A DNA stretch of 64,000 nucleotides from Flaccisagitta enflata. Taxonomy: Eukaryota. Under the pieces are notes generated by a model. That model was not told where the DNA came from. It saw only the letters and a program-made list of their open reading frames with translations, and searched no databases. The position numbers and the translations under genes are program-made. Positions within the stretch are counted from its first letter, which is position 1; each line of letters opens with the position of its first letter. The stretch is from assembly GCA_965153355.1 (NCBI GenBank), contig OZ231126.1, positions 62,001 to 126,000 of the forward strand. Direction: 5' to 3'. This document shows positions 47,491 through 62,300 of this stretch, in pieces.

Positions 47491-48272
47491 CCCTCACTTT
47501 TGATCTCAATAGAACGAGGAGAAGTGGAACTGGAACGAGAGAAACAGGGAAAAGTCAAAGAGGAAGAATCAAGAGTAAGGGAGACAAGGGGAGACAAAAT
47601 ACAAAGGAAAAAAAAGATACAATTAAAGGCATAAACAGAGAAAAACTAATGCAATGAGAAGAACAATAAAATGGGGAGAAAAAAACATTTAATCAAAGGC
47701 AGAAATAAAAAAAATACCGATGTATTGAGAAGAACAATAGAATGGGAAGAAAAGAAACATTCAATAAAAAGCAGAAATAAAGAAATACTAGCGCATTGAG
47801 AAAAACAATAAAATGGGAAGAAAAAAAATACTTAAAGGCAGAAATAAAGAAATACTAATGCAATGAGAAGAACATTAGATTGGGAAGAAAACAAACATTT
47901 AATTTAAGGCAGAAACAAATAAATGATGCAATGATGCAATGATGCAAATAAATGATGCAATGATGCAATGAGCAGAACAATAAATGGGAAGAAGAGAGAC
48001 ATTTGATTAAAGGCAGAAATAAAGAATTACTCATGCAATGAGAAGAACAATAGAATGGGGAAAAAAGAAACATTTAAGGCAGAAATAAAGAAATATCAAT
48101 GCATTGAGAAGAACAAAGGGTCTCGAACAAAGACAATTGCATGTGGATGTTAAGGAATCAATACAGCACGCAAATGAAAATGAAAAATGGCAAATAGGAA
48201 GCCACTCCGCAAATTCAAGATAACTGGCCGCTCCTCAGTAGTTGATAGCAATAAGACTCGTCCGACATGAGA

Positions 48273-48391
<119 letters not shown>

Positions 48392-48524
48392 AAAGCCACA
48401 ACAATGATGAGTAGAAATGGGTATTGGTGTCACGAGATATCCATGAGTCAGGTTTCGAGTCAGGAATTGCGATGGTTCTGTTGGTTATCTCATTGCATGG
48501 TTTCCGATGCGCCGACGATGGCTA

Positions 48525-49024
48525 CAGTAGATGCCGTCTAGACTTGGAAATATGGGGGAGCTCATAACCTGAGTTTCAGTAGAGTGAGGGGACTGATATT
48601 TTGTAGGTGTAATGTGTAGACCTTAGGGGGTTAGCGATGGGGTATGGCATCCCTCTATGGATTACCTTTGGAAAAAAAACTTTTAGTTTAAAAGTAATAG
48701 GATCAAGTTTTTTTTTTGTAGAATTTTAACTTCATATATTTATTTAAATTGCAATACCAATTTGGGATTTGAACCCAGAATCTGTAAATAAGCTGCTCAT
48801 GACCAATTTGAAGTCTAGTGAGTTAACCACCTGACCAATTCCAGCAGCTGTTTAAAGTACGCAAATTATATTTAGTATATTCAAGAGAATTTTCTATCCA
48901 CAGAGCTGCCATACCCCATTGTCAACCCTACAGGCTATAGCACATGCACAGTTTTAAATCATTTGCTCAAATGGTATCAAGGATATGAGGGCCCCATATG
49001 TCCAAGTATAGACGACATGGACTG
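48525..49024. mobile_element. Tc1/mariner-type MITE, same TIR family as 13152-13848
   Basis: TA-CAGTAGATGCCGTCTAGACTTGG ... CCAAGTATAGACGACATGGACTG-TA. Confidence 0.8.
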
Positions 49025-51194
49025 TATCTCATGAGCTAGGTTGAGTCAGCCAGGATGGGCGCCCATGGATTTCTCATAGCAGATGGTCTCATTGGAGTCA
49101 TTGCATCGTTCTTCCGTTGAGTAGTTAACTCATCGTTTCCAGGAGCTTTTGCTGCTTGTAGAAGTCCTAATCTTTAGTCGCACTAGTAATACGAATTATA
49201 CAAATAAACTTTTAAATACGAATTATAAAGATTAACCTTTTAATCGTTTGACGAGAAACATAAAAGGATGAACCTATTTATTACATAACTTACAAACAAT
49301 TCTATCTCAACAACGAAAACCCCATCAAGAATAAAAAGCCCAAATCCAATCTTTTTTTTTTCCGGATATCTTTCATTTTTGCATGATTGAGCATGATTGA
49401 TAGTTGCTTGCGACATTGCATGGAAACAAAGTTATACTTGACAAACAATAACAAAATCGTAAATTGAAAAAAAAAAGAACAACAACAACGAAGAAAATTT
49501 GATTGTTTATTCCATCGCTGCTTTGAAACATTTTTGATCCTCGTGAAAAAAAGAAAGAAACAAAAAAGAGACAAAAACATAAAAAGACCAATTAATATTT
49601 AAATTACGACTTCAATGGTTACGACCTGGTTCATATTCTTCCAACATTTGAACCAGAGAGATGAATACGTAATCGAGAGCAAATCTATAACCGATCAAAA
49701 TCTTCGTTATAGAATGAATCATTAACAATTCAAACATTTATATGAATCCATCGACTCTTAATAACTAAAAAAAGGCGGCAACTAGTTTCCCACAGATTAA
49801 AAAGATAATAAAAAAAAAAGACTTAAAAAAGATACAAAAAAAAAAAGAAAGAAAAGAGCTGCAATGGCGGGAGTTTTGGTGGTGGACAATTTCAATTTGA
49901 CCGAAATTTAAGAGAAACCCGGGGAAAAAGAGCAAATAACTTCATAAATCGCGACATCAAAAATGTCAAATTGATCGGATTCAAAATGATGAGGAACATT
50001 AATGAGGGCAGAACATAAAAGATTAAAAAGGCCTTTCCATAAAAGAGAAAGGGAACGAAAACCATATCAATTCATTTCAAGAATCTAAAAAGCCAAAGGG
50101 GGAAAAAGAGATACATTTATGTGCAGAGAGATGAATTAAAAATGTGACATTTTTAGATCGGTCTCTGTCTTTATCTCTGTCTCTGTCTCTCTTTTTTTCA
50201 ATGAATATCATTTTGACAAAATTTGTGGATAAATGTCAACCCCGAAGAAAATAAAGGAAGTCTTAAATAACTTTAAAGAGAATAAAAAAAAGTCCAGAGC
50301 AGAAATAAACGATCGACAAAGGGAAAAAAAAAACGGAATTAAAAACCTTGTCACGGAATAAGTCAATATAAGATAAAGTTTTTTTTTCTTGCTCTATTCC
50401 AAATATAAAAAAAACCCGAAGAATTAAGAACGCCCCTCTTGCGCCCCCCCTGCGCCCCCTTGTGAGAAACGTAATCCTCAAATCAACGCTAACCGAAAAA
50501 GTTAGATACCCTTTTTCTTTTCCGCCTTTTGGACTTCCCATCAGGACTATCTCCCATTTGCAGAATCCCCCTTTTGATTTCTTTAAAAAAAATCCTTTTC
50601 AATTTCTGAGCTAGAGATAGAAAACCTTTTTTTTTACTCTATTACCCCTTTTCCGTTTACCACCTTGCAACATCCGTGAGCCTCTTGCACCTTCCCCCCT
50701 CCTTCTCCTTCGTCCTACTTTTGCCATTTCCCCCCCCCTCCTTCCCTCTCTTCTTACTCTTGCTCCCTCCCCCCTCCTTACCCCCTCGTCTTACTTTGCT
50801 CCTTCCTACCCGCCTCCCTCCTTCCCCCTTTATCTTCCACCTGGCAATATTTGTCAACCCCTCTGCCAACCCACCCCCCACTCCATACCCGATTAAAAGA
50901 TAGGAGCAACCCCTCTTGCCAAGAGTCTTGGCCTCATCTTCGTTTTCTAGCAAACTACCAGAACTACCAGAACATAAAGGAAACAACCATGCAAGTTCGT
51001 CCCCCTCACATTCCCTCCTTTACTGATCGTTACCCTCGTTTCTCATAAAGGAAAAAAAAAAACACTCTTAATTCAACATAGAATAGAATAGTCAAAACAT
51101 CTAATAGGATGTAGAAAGATCGACGACAGAAAAGGCTGTAATTTTGAATGATTTGAGCGTTGACCACGAAAAAAGAAACGTTGTAAGAAAATAG

Positions 51195-51645
51195 AAAAGG
51201 GCAACAAACAAACAAACAAACAAATAAACAAAAAGGACAACAAACAAACAAAAGGGGCAACAAACAAACAAAAGGGACAACAAACAAACAAAAGGGACAA
51301 CAAACAAACAAAAGGGACAACAAATAAACAAACAAAAGGGACAACAAACAAACAAACAAACAAATAAACAAAAGGGACAACAAACAAACAAAAGGGACAA
51401 CGAACAAACAAAAGGGACAACAAACAAACAAAAGGGACAACAAACAAACAAAAGGGACAACAAACAAACAAAAGGGACAACAAACAAACAAACAACAAAT
51501 AAACAAAAGGGACAACAAACAAACAATAGGGACAACGAACAAACAAAAGGGAAACAAACAAACGAAAAAAAAACAAAAGAAACAAAGAACAAACAAAAAC
51601 AACAAAAAACAAAAAACAAATAAAAAAAGGGACAACAAACAAACA
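51195..51645. repeat. ~20-bp AAAGGGACAACAAACAAACA repeat
   Basis: Direct reading. Confidence 0.85.
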
Positions 51646-52287
51646 GAGACGCTCGATCAGAAACAACGAAAGCGTGGCCTAAAACAAAAAACAAAAACAA
51701 AAAGCAATAACATAAAACGAAAACAAAACAAAACAAAACAACGGAAAACGATAACGTAAAATATGAACCGATTTGAAATAACGGAATGACATAAAATGAT
51801 TAAAAAAATGAAGAGGAGAGAAAGTGAAAATGAAATGGAAGAATAAAATGGAAGAATAAAAGGAGGAATTAAATAACCTAAAACTACAACTACAACTACA
51901 ACTTGTAGACAAACTTGGTGAGACTGTACACGTGTCTGGACAGTCGCGAGCAACAACTACATTCCCCTTTCTCATTCCCCCCCCCCAAAATAAGAAAACC
52001 CTCTCCAAAACAGATTCTTGCTGAGGAACTAAGAATGAAAGGCTTGAATTAGTGATCCCAGCATAAGTAGGAGGAAGGCAAAATTTGGTGACCCTTTTTA
52101 CAGATGGCGTTTTGCTAAAGAAAGAAAGAAAGAAAGAAAGAAAGGGGAAAAACATTGTGGTAACCACTCAAAAAGGAAGCCTTGTGTTTCTGTCTCTGTC
52201 TCTGTCTCTGTTTCTCTCTCTCTCTCTCTCTCTCGCTCTCTGATCAAGAGGCTCTATTCAAGTCGTTTTGTCACGCGCGACGGGGGC

Positions 52288-53530
52288 GGAAACAAACAGA
52301 CGCTGATTGTGGTAGTGGTCAGGATAGTGGTTGTAGTGGTTGTGACGGTGAAGGCGACGGCGGCGGAAACAAACAGACGCTGATTGTGGTAGTGGTCAGG
52401 ATAGTGGTTGTAGTGGTTGTGACGGTGAAGGCGACGGCGGCGGAAACAAACAGACGCTGATTGTGGTTGTGGTCAGGATAGTGGTTGCAGTGGTTGTGAC
52501 GGTGAAGGCGACGGCGGCGGAAACAAACAGACGCTAATTGTGGTAGTGGTCAGGATAGTGGTTGTAGTGGTTGTGACGGTGAAGGCGACGGCGGCGGAAA
52601 CAAACAGACGCTGATTGTGGTAGTGGTCAGGATAGTGGTTGTAGTGGTTGTGACGGTGAAGGCGACGGCGGCGGAAACAAACAGACGCTGATTGTGGTAG
52701 TGGTCAGGATAGTGGTTGTAGTGGTTGTGACGGTGAAGGCGACGGCGGCGGAAACAAACAGACGCTGATTGTGGTAGTGGTCAGGATAGTGGTTGTAGTG
52801 GTTGTGACGGTGAAGGCGACGGCGGCGGAAACAAACAGACGCTGATTGTGGTAGTGGTCAGGATAGTGGTTGTAGTGGTTGTGACGGTGAAGGCGACGGC
52901 GGCGGAAACAAACAGACGCTGATTGTGGTAGTGGTCAGGATAGTGGTTGTAGTGGTTGTGACGGTGAAGGCGACGGCGGCGGAAACAAACAGACGCTGAT
53001 TGTGGTAGTGGTCAGGATAGTGGTTGTAGTGGTTGTGACGGTGAAGGCGACGGCGGCGGAAACAAACAGACGCTGATTGTGGTAGTGGTCAGGATAGTGG
53101 TTGTAGTGGTTGTGACGGTGAAGGCGACGGCGGCGGAAACAAACAGACGCTGATTGTGGTAGTGGTCAGGATAGTGGTTGTAATGGTTGTGACGGTGAAT
53201 GAGACGGCGGCGGAAACAAGCAGACGCTGATTGTGGTAGTGGTCAGGATAGTGGTTGTAGTGGTTGTGACGGTGAAGGAGACAGCGGCGGAAACAAACAG
53301 ACGCTGATTGTGGTAGTGGTCAGGATAGTGGTTGTAGTGGTTGTGACGGTGAAGGAGACGGCGGCAGAAACAAATTGACGCTGATTGTGGTAGTGGTCAG
53401 GATAGTGGTTGTAGTGGTTGTGACGGTGAAGGAGACAGCGGCGGAAACAAACGTTGATTGTGGGATAGTAGAGGGAAGTGGTGGTGACGGTGACGGCGGC
53501 GGAAACAGAAGGAAGCAAACAGACGCTGAT
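52288..53530. repeat. 77-bp minisatellite, about 16 copies
   Basis: Unit GACGCTGATTGTGGTAGTGG...GGAAACAAACA at 52299, 52376 and onward; near-identical in the middle, decaying at the right end. Confidence 0.95.
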
Positions 53531-53812
53531 TTCGGTGGTAGCGGCGGAAACAGACGCTCGTTGCGGCCTTAGTGGCGGTAGCAAGAGTGGCAAGAGTGGC
53601 GGAAGTGGCAAGAGTGGTGGTAGTGGCAAGAGTGGTGGTAGTGGCGATGGCGTCGACGGCGGCAAGAATGTGATTTTAGCACGGATTAGCACGCCTGCCG
53701 CATAACCGGCCGCAGTCAACAGAATACCAGATGGAGTAAACAGCAAACGATGACAATGACAAAGGAAGCAACTTACTAGAACAACTAGAACAACAACAAC
53801 AACAGCAACAAC

Positions 53813-53846
<34 letters not shown>

Positions 53847-54643
53847 ACGATAACAACAACAACAACATCAAAGGAAGCAACATACAAGCATCTCTTCTTT
53901 TATTTTCGCCACCGTCCGTTCCCCCTAACGTAGTATTTAGGAAAAAAGTTTGGAAGCACTTTGGGTTTGTAGTATGTTTCCCCTCCTATGCACTCCAAAC
54001 ATATACACCTGATTGTTTTTGGCTATTTTTGTATTCATACTAACTAGAACAAAAGAGAGAAACAGTCCTCAATCTAATTAAGGAACCGCAAGTTTGGTTT
54101 GTTTATCACAACTAAGAGGTGGTTGTGGTAAATATGGTATATTCTGGTCATTTTGGCTGCAAAATTGGGCTACTTCGCTTTCCAAATCTGACTCGAAATC
54201 CATGAGATTATGAAACTAGAGCTCAAGAGCTAACCAGTGGTGCAATCCGCATGTTTTCATCATTTTTTGAAAAAATTTGAGAGCAATTGAAAGATTGAAG
54301 GGTAAGAGAAAAAAAAAATCCTCCTTTTTTTGCCATTTTTGAAAGTGCATGATCAACTTCAAACGGATGGCATTTCTAAACGGTTTGATGCACAGGGACG
54401 AGATTGCACTCAGATTGTAGATTTTTTGACGTTGATTAAAATGCTTATAGATTTTTCTCATTTATCCCAACGGGAAGTTGAGATATTCTTCTTTAAAGGT
54501 GCTTCCAAACATATTTCCTAGATAGTATAAATGGCAAACTTATCCCGCTCTTAGACCTTCCTTACAATAACACCAACAAACTTATCCCGCTCTTAGACCT
54601 TCCTTACAATAACACCAACAATAACAACAACAACAACGATAAT

Positions 54644-54765
<122 letters not shown>

Positions 54766-55352
54766 AAACAAGAACCACGACATCAACAACTTGGACAGTC
54801 TCAACTTTTTTGTTTTCACTGCCTCAACCCCCAGCGTTTCTAAAGGACGGTCCCTCTACTGCTCCGACTTTTCCAACCTCTCTCTCCCTCCCCCCTCTCC
54901 AATTTTCCTAACTATCCCACGAGTAGTCCGTAGCAGACTGAAACGTTCGCATCGAGTGTCCAAGAATATGTCAAAGTGGACAGATTAAGAGTGACAGGAA
55001 TTGTTGCACAGTAGTGAACACGACTAAAAGACGGCAAATGAATTGGAAACGACATCAAGCTTTAGCCGGCCAAATATTTAGTGTCACATTTGCATTGTAC
55101 GTCGGCGCAGGTTATCGCCCAGTGTCGGCAGAGCACCGACCTTACGTCGATCTAGTTCATCGGCACAGCCAAAGACTGAGTTGATGGGAGTAGATTTTTG
55201 GGCGCCTTTGAGGGTTTTTCTCTCTTTTACAACAAATCCAAAAGAAAAGAAAAGAAAAAGAGGAAATTTCCAAATGGAAAAGTTCAACAGAAAAGAAGGA
55301 GAAGAAAAAGAGTGAAGACAGTCTTGAATTAGACGGTTGCCAACGCGTGATC

Positions 55353-55411
<59 letters not shown>

Positions 55412-56389
55412 TTGTCTCAGCCATTTTCATCGTCAGCGTTCGCTTTCAAAGACGCCTTTCAACAAAACTTCTGTTTGAGATTCCCAACTCTGCGTCGATT
55501 GAAGTTTGCCACGCGCCCCCCCCCCTCGACCCCCCCTCGACCCCCAACCCCTCGGCATATTCCCACATTCAGAAATCTATCTGGCTTCTAGAGGGCCGTG
55601 TTTTCGGCATGAATTCGCTCTTTGTTCCTCCTGTCCATTTTTTCCTTACCTTTCCTCCAATCCGCTAACATCACCACATCCCAATTACGTCCATTGCCAC
55701 ACTCCGAATCCTTGTTCAATCTCGTTTCTTTACCAGTAACTACGACTGCTACATCCCAGCAACTTAATCAACCACATCCCGGTGATTTCCACTGTGTCGC
55801 ATCCCATTCCTGTAACCCTATCCCATTGCCGAAGCTGATTCGCTTTTCTATCTCCTTTTTGTCCCCCCCCCTTCCGAGGCCCTCCAAATTCTCCGTGACT
55901 GCCATCGTCCCGCTACTACACGTTACCATCCCGCCTCCACCCCCTCCCCTCCCACCCCTCCTCACTCCCATCTATTTTCGAGGCCCATAACTCTCTCTCT
56001 TTTTCGGTGGATGTGAGAAATTTCTTCTCTTTGCTGGTGGAAGAACAAATACTCTAACTTCCGTCGCTCGGGTTTTTTTTTTCTTCTTTCTTCTCTTTAT
56101 GTGTGTGTTAGAGAGAGACGTGTGTGAGTTTCAAGCAAACACTGACTTGAAAATGGCGACTTGGTTGTGGCTGAGGCTGAGGCTGAAGCTGAGGCTGAGG
56201 GCGTGACTTCACATTTAGCGGGAATAAAAAGATGCGTAGAAATTCATACAAAGATAAACAAAGTAATTCTTCTTTAAATATTCCATTCGACGCGTGACTT
56301 TACATAGAAGCCCTCCCTAAAAAAGGCTAAGACGAGCAGAAGATTACTACCAACTTACGCTTGCTGAGAAGGCCGGGCGAGGACAACTA

Positions 56390-56845
<456 letters not shown>

Positions 56846-57211
56846 ATGAAATTGCTTATCACCATAAGGGTGTCCTAAAGTGAGCTCATAGTCAAAATTC
56901 CATACTCACCTTTTTATTGGGTTTACCCGATACACTAGTGCGCTTAACTCACCTGCTCGCATCAACAAGTCCTTCCTTCGATCCATCGCTACGGTGTCCA
57001 CCTAGGCAAAGGCCAATCCTCTTGTCTTCATCAGAATCGCTATCTGTATCTGTATTTGTATCACCAAGTCGTGCATTCATCATCTTCACACATTGTGTGC
57101 GTAAAACCAAAAGCAACAAAGGTCTCAATCTTCCTTATGTAAAACACAATAAACTATTGTTTTATTCCTCCTTGCATACAAAACAAAGAAAGAAAGAAAG
57201 AAAGAAAGAAA

Positions 57212-57283
<72 letters not shown>

Positions 57284-57788
57284 CAAGTAACTAACAAACA
57301 AAACCAACCTGCTAATCTTCCATTTCAACGCACGAGAATCCACTTCTTCCCATAATCAAAAGACATCTTCATTACATGCAAAATACACCCTCCCCCTCAC
57401 CAACAAGTGACACTTCCCTCCATTACGTGCGCCATCTTTCTCTTTTTCGTCACTCTCTCAAATTCATCGACACCTGTTTTATGTTATTACCATCTGTCGG
57501 AAGGTCGAATTAAAAAAGAACAAAAAGAAAGAAAGGGAAAGCAAGAAAGTATTTCCGAAGAAGAAAGGAAACGAAAAAAAATATAAAAGGAAAAACAAAA
57601 CCTTCCTCTCTTTTTTGTGCCATTTCTTCTTCGTCTCAGCAAAAAAAGATTATCGGAAGACGTATCTTCGTCCAGAGGAAATAAGTTTTCAAAAATTGAA
57701 GAAAGAAAAGTGGAGAAAAAGCCACAGCTATATCAGAAAGAGTCTTATGCCATTATCATCTGTAGCGCCGTTTTACCTTGCGGCCAAA

Positions 57789-58310
57789 ATGGCTACATTG
57801 ATTGCACTAGCAATTTCGTTACTGCTTGTATCGGCATTGTTGTTACCATTGCCCTTAGCGTCTGTGTCGGCAACTGTGTCGGCATCAGCATCTGCGTCGA
57901 CAGCGGCATCGGCATCTGTACCGGCGTCGGCATCTGAACCGGCATCGGCGTCGGCGTCGGCATCTGTACCGGCATCGGCGTCGGCGTCGGCATCTGCACC
58001 GGCGTCGGCATCTGTACCGGCGTCGGCATCTGAACCGGCATCGGCGTCGGCGTCGGCATCTGTACCGGCGTCGGCATCTGAACCGGCATCGGCGTCGGCG
58101 TCGGCATCGGCGTCGGCGTCGGCATCTGTACCGGCGTCGGCATCTGTACCGGCGTCGGCATCTGTACCGGCGTCGGCATCTGTACCGGCGTCGGCGTCGT
58201 CTTATCCGGCGCCATTTTGGTATTCAGCTTCCAAATCAACGGCAACTCGACGACAAAATCATCTACGCGTCAAAAGGATGACAGAGTGGAGAGTTTTATC
58301 ATCGGGCACG
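57789..58310 (+). CDS. Secreted Pro/Ala/Ser-rich precursor of unknown family, exon 1
   Basis: aaaATGG context; signal peptide [36 protein letters not shown] repeats; RVKR; donor ACG|GTGAGT, phase 0. Confidence 0.75.
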
Positions 58311-58818
58311 GTGAGTGACAGGGTGGGTGACATGGTGAGTGACATGATGAGTGACATGGTAAGTGACATGGTGAGTGACATGAGGAGTGAAATGGTAAGT
58401 GACATGGTCACTTGGTGAGTGACGTGGTGAACGACATGATGAGTGACACGGTGGGTGACATGGTGACTTGGTGAGTGACATGGTGAGTGACAAGATGAGT
58501 GAGATGATGACTGACACTGTGAGTGACATGGTAAGTGACATGATGAGTGATACGGTGAGTGATATGGTGAGTGACATGAAGACTGACACAGTGACATGGT
58601 GAGTGATATGGTGAGTGACATGATGAGTGACGTGATGAGTGATATGGTGAGTGACATGATGAGTGACATGATGAGTGACATGATGAGAATTATGGTGAGT
58701 GACTTGATGAGGGATGTGGTGAATGACGTGGAGAGTGACATGAAGAGTGATGCGGTGAGTGACATGATGAGTGACACGGTGAGTGACATGATGAGTGACA
58801 CGGTGAGTGACTTGGTGG
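58311..58818 (+). repeat. 12-bp minisatellite GTGAGTGACATG starting exactly at a splice donor
   Basis: About 40 imperfect units read directly. Confidence 0.9.
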
Positions 58819-59156
58819 GCGAATTCATTTGAATTTATCAGAACCATGACGTCATTTGTTTTGGTATGATATGTCATGTCTTTCATGTCATTGTAATGTC
58901 ATTAAACTATAATTGTATTGTCATCCTGTCGTAATTATAATGTCATACTAGTGTCCAAATGATGTCGTTTTGATGTCATTTGCTGTAATGTCGTTTACAT
59001 CCAGTGTTGCACATGCCATATTGTTATCACCATGTGAGTTCTATGTAATGTCATGATACTTTAATCATAACGTCATCCTGATGTAATTATGATGTCATCC
59101 TAGTGTCCAAATGATGTCGTTTTGATGTCATTTCCTATAATGTCGTTTACATCCAG

Positions 59157-59303
59157 TGCGAAAATCTCGACTCTCCCAACGTTCGTTTGACGAAACTTCC
59201 AAATCTTCTTCCAAGCGTCAGAATCATTTCAACAAAAGTGGCTCCATCTTACAAACCAAAAAAGAGCAAAAGTGGAACCAACGAAATACATATCAAATTC
59301 GAG
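59157..59303 (+). CDS. Secreted precursor, exon 2
   Basis: catccag|TGC; 147 nt open phase 0-0 (CENLDSPNVRLTKL...EIHIKFE); donor GAG|GTATGC. Confidence 0.7.
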
Positions 59304-59329
59304 GTATGCTCGCTTGATAATCATGTGAA

Positions 59330-62300
59330 TGATTGTCAGCTTTATGAGCAAAGGACTGTAGTTAGCTGGTCGACTTTCGGATCTGTTGTTGGTGACTATC
59401 ACTGTCTATCTTTTTTCTCTTAGAAGGTGAACGCTTAATTAGACGGTTGTAAGGCGCATAATTGTAAAAGGATTTGTAATAAAATGAGATTACAATGAGA
59501 AAACGGATTTTTTCCAAAAGTAGTAGGTTTGATTGTTTAATCCAAAGAAAATAGCCCAATTCATGAGCCTTATGCGTCCTTGCTTTTACTTTAAAAAAAG
59601 AACGTCTTATTTGTAAGTCTTTCTTCTACGAAGACTAAATGTGAACTAACTAAAGGCAGAGAGTCTCGCTCTGCGCAGTTGTTTATCTCATAATTCATCT
59701 ATACATTCTCGTGACTCCCGGCTTTCTAGCCAATCATGCATGACTATTAAGAAATCATGTATCCAATAATAGCCTAACACGTCTTTAACAAAGGGTTACG
59801 CAAGTCTATGGAAAATTCCCAACTGAGGCAACTTAACACTGGCCCCAAAATTATTGTTTGCAATAATTTTCTAAATAGGTAGAAACCCACGTCAGAGTCG
59901 AAATATGAACACTATTCACAGTAAGCAGTGTTGCGTAGTCATCAGTCACAGCTCGACGTTGTATCTGGTTGTTGTCGTTGAGAATTTTAAACATTGTATC
60001 AATCTCTTGATCCAATGTGCTCGTTTTTGTCAGATGGTACCTCAAGGGGTACAATATGTTGTATCGGGCGCACAATTTCTTTTCCGTCGCAAATCACTTT
60101 CACGGTGCGAACAAGATTGTCACGTCCGACGACAGTTTCCAAAACTTTCGCAAGTGGCCAAGTGTGTCTCTTGGTATTCTCCTTCAGAAGAAGAACGATA
60201 TCTCCTTCCTTGATGTTGGGGCAGCGTGTCTGCCATTTTGTGCGAGACTGAAGCGAGGGCAGGTAGTGTTTCTGCCATTGTTTCCAAAATTGTTCCTTCG
60301 TCCTTTCCAGGTGTTGCAAGCGTCGCGTTGCGTCCAGTGGAACGTAAGGGATGTCAATTTTACCGAGCGGTCTTCCGTTGATCAGTTCGGCTGGTGTGAT
60401 TTGGCGTGTTTCGTCGCCCTTTAAGACAGTCAGGGGGCGAGAATTGATGACTCCTTCAATCTTGGTGAGGACGACTCTCAACTCCACCTCCTTCAACCTT
60501 GCTCCTCCAACAACCTTTCTCAGCGGGGCTTTGATGGAGCGAACCAAGCGTTCCCAAATGGCTCCATGCCAAGGGGCAAGTGGTGTGATGAATTCCCATT
60601 TTATGTGTGGGATTGCTTTCGATGCGGCCACAAACGATGTGCCATTATCGGAGTAGAGAACGGAAGGTGTTCCTCTCCTTGCCCTGAAGCACTCAAAGGC
60701 AAGAAGAAATTCTTTTGTATCCAGTGATTGTGTGAGTTCCAGGTGTACTGCACGTGTGACGCCGCATGTGAACAACAGAATGTATCTTTTTTGCGCGCCA
60801 GTTTTTGTGACATACAATGGACCAGCGTAGTCCATCCCGGTGTGCGTAAACGGTGGTGATGGAGTTGTTCTCCATTCTGCCAGGGGAGCCATTTGCTGCC
60901 CAGCCAATCTTGTGTTTGCTTTTTTGCAGGTGACACATGTTCTCAATTGAGACTTTACTTTGATGATCCAGTAATTTCGGCGCAATTCATTCAAAGTGTG
61001 AGATGCACCTGAGTGCAGGTTTTCATGATGGGTATGGGTGATCAAAAGTTTTGCCAAGTGTGACTCATGATGAAGAATGATCAATTCTGGTTCAGTTTGA
61101 ACTCTTCCTCTCATCATCATAATTCCATCCATCAGGATAGGGTTGAGTCCTTTCAACTTGCTGTCTTTGTGCAAAGCTCCTTGTTGCAAGTTGTGTATGT
61201 CTTTGTTGAAATGCTGTTTCTGATCCATCTTGATCAAATTTTGGAGGGCTACCTCTCTTTCATCTGCAGTGGGGGGACCTTCACTGGCCCCTGTTTTTCG
61301 GTTGATGAAGCGAAAAACATAAACCATGGTGTTCAGCAGCCGGTTGATGTTGCTGAATCTTTCCATCTTCACAATTGGTTCAACGTCATCAGTGACAGTG
61401 GGGATGATATTGACGGCGGTTTTCTTCAATTCACATTGTTCCTTTTTGTGGATTGGCTGATCTGGGTATTCACCCGACTTCAGAAACTCAGGGCCATGAA
61501 GCCAGAGTTCATTTTGTTTCTCAGACAGAGGCCAAATACCTCTTGAAGGTATGTCAGCTGGGTTTTGGGTCCCAGGTACCCACTTCCAATGATCATCACA
61601 GGTTGTGTGATTTTGTTTTGTGTTGTCTTGGATCAACTTGACCCTGTTTCCAACGAAGACTTTGTACTGTGATGCTTCAGTGTGAATCCAGTTCAAAACG
61701 ATGGTGGAATCGGTCCAGAAAGTGGTGGGCAGTGGGCCAAGGTATTTGGTTATGTATGTGTGCATGTTAGCGGCAAGGACCGCGCCTTGCAGTTCCAATC
61801 TTGGAATGGTGGTCTCTTTGATGCTTTTCACTCTTGTTTTGGCCATCATGAGGTGTACATTGACACTGGCCCCATTTTCATCTGGGCTTGTACCATAAGC
61901 TGCAGCTGCAAAACTTTCTTCACTTGCATCACAGAAGATGTCCACAGCTTTGATTTTTCCCCAAAACCTTTGGACAGTTGGGCTGATTTTGCTGGCTTCC
62001 TGCCACAAGTTGACATGTTTCATGACGTCATTTGGGATTTTGTCATCCCATCCAAGTTGCAATTGCCACAATGACTGCATGAGTATTTTTCCACGGCACG
62101 TCAACGGCGCCTTTAACCCCAATGGGTCGTAGATGCTTGCCAGCATAGCAAGAACATCTCTCTTTGTTTGACATTGTCTGTCAGTGACGGCTTTTGGAGC
62201 CAAAGTGTCATCACTGGTGTTCCATTCAATACCAAGGACTGAGGTATGGACCTTGTTTTCCAACAGTGAGGGATCCATTGCATCCAGAACGGCTTGGCAG

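Noticed and set aside
59157-59303. ML/NPC2 lipid-binding domain assignment
   Set aside because: Resemblance is only impressionistic over ~60 aa.
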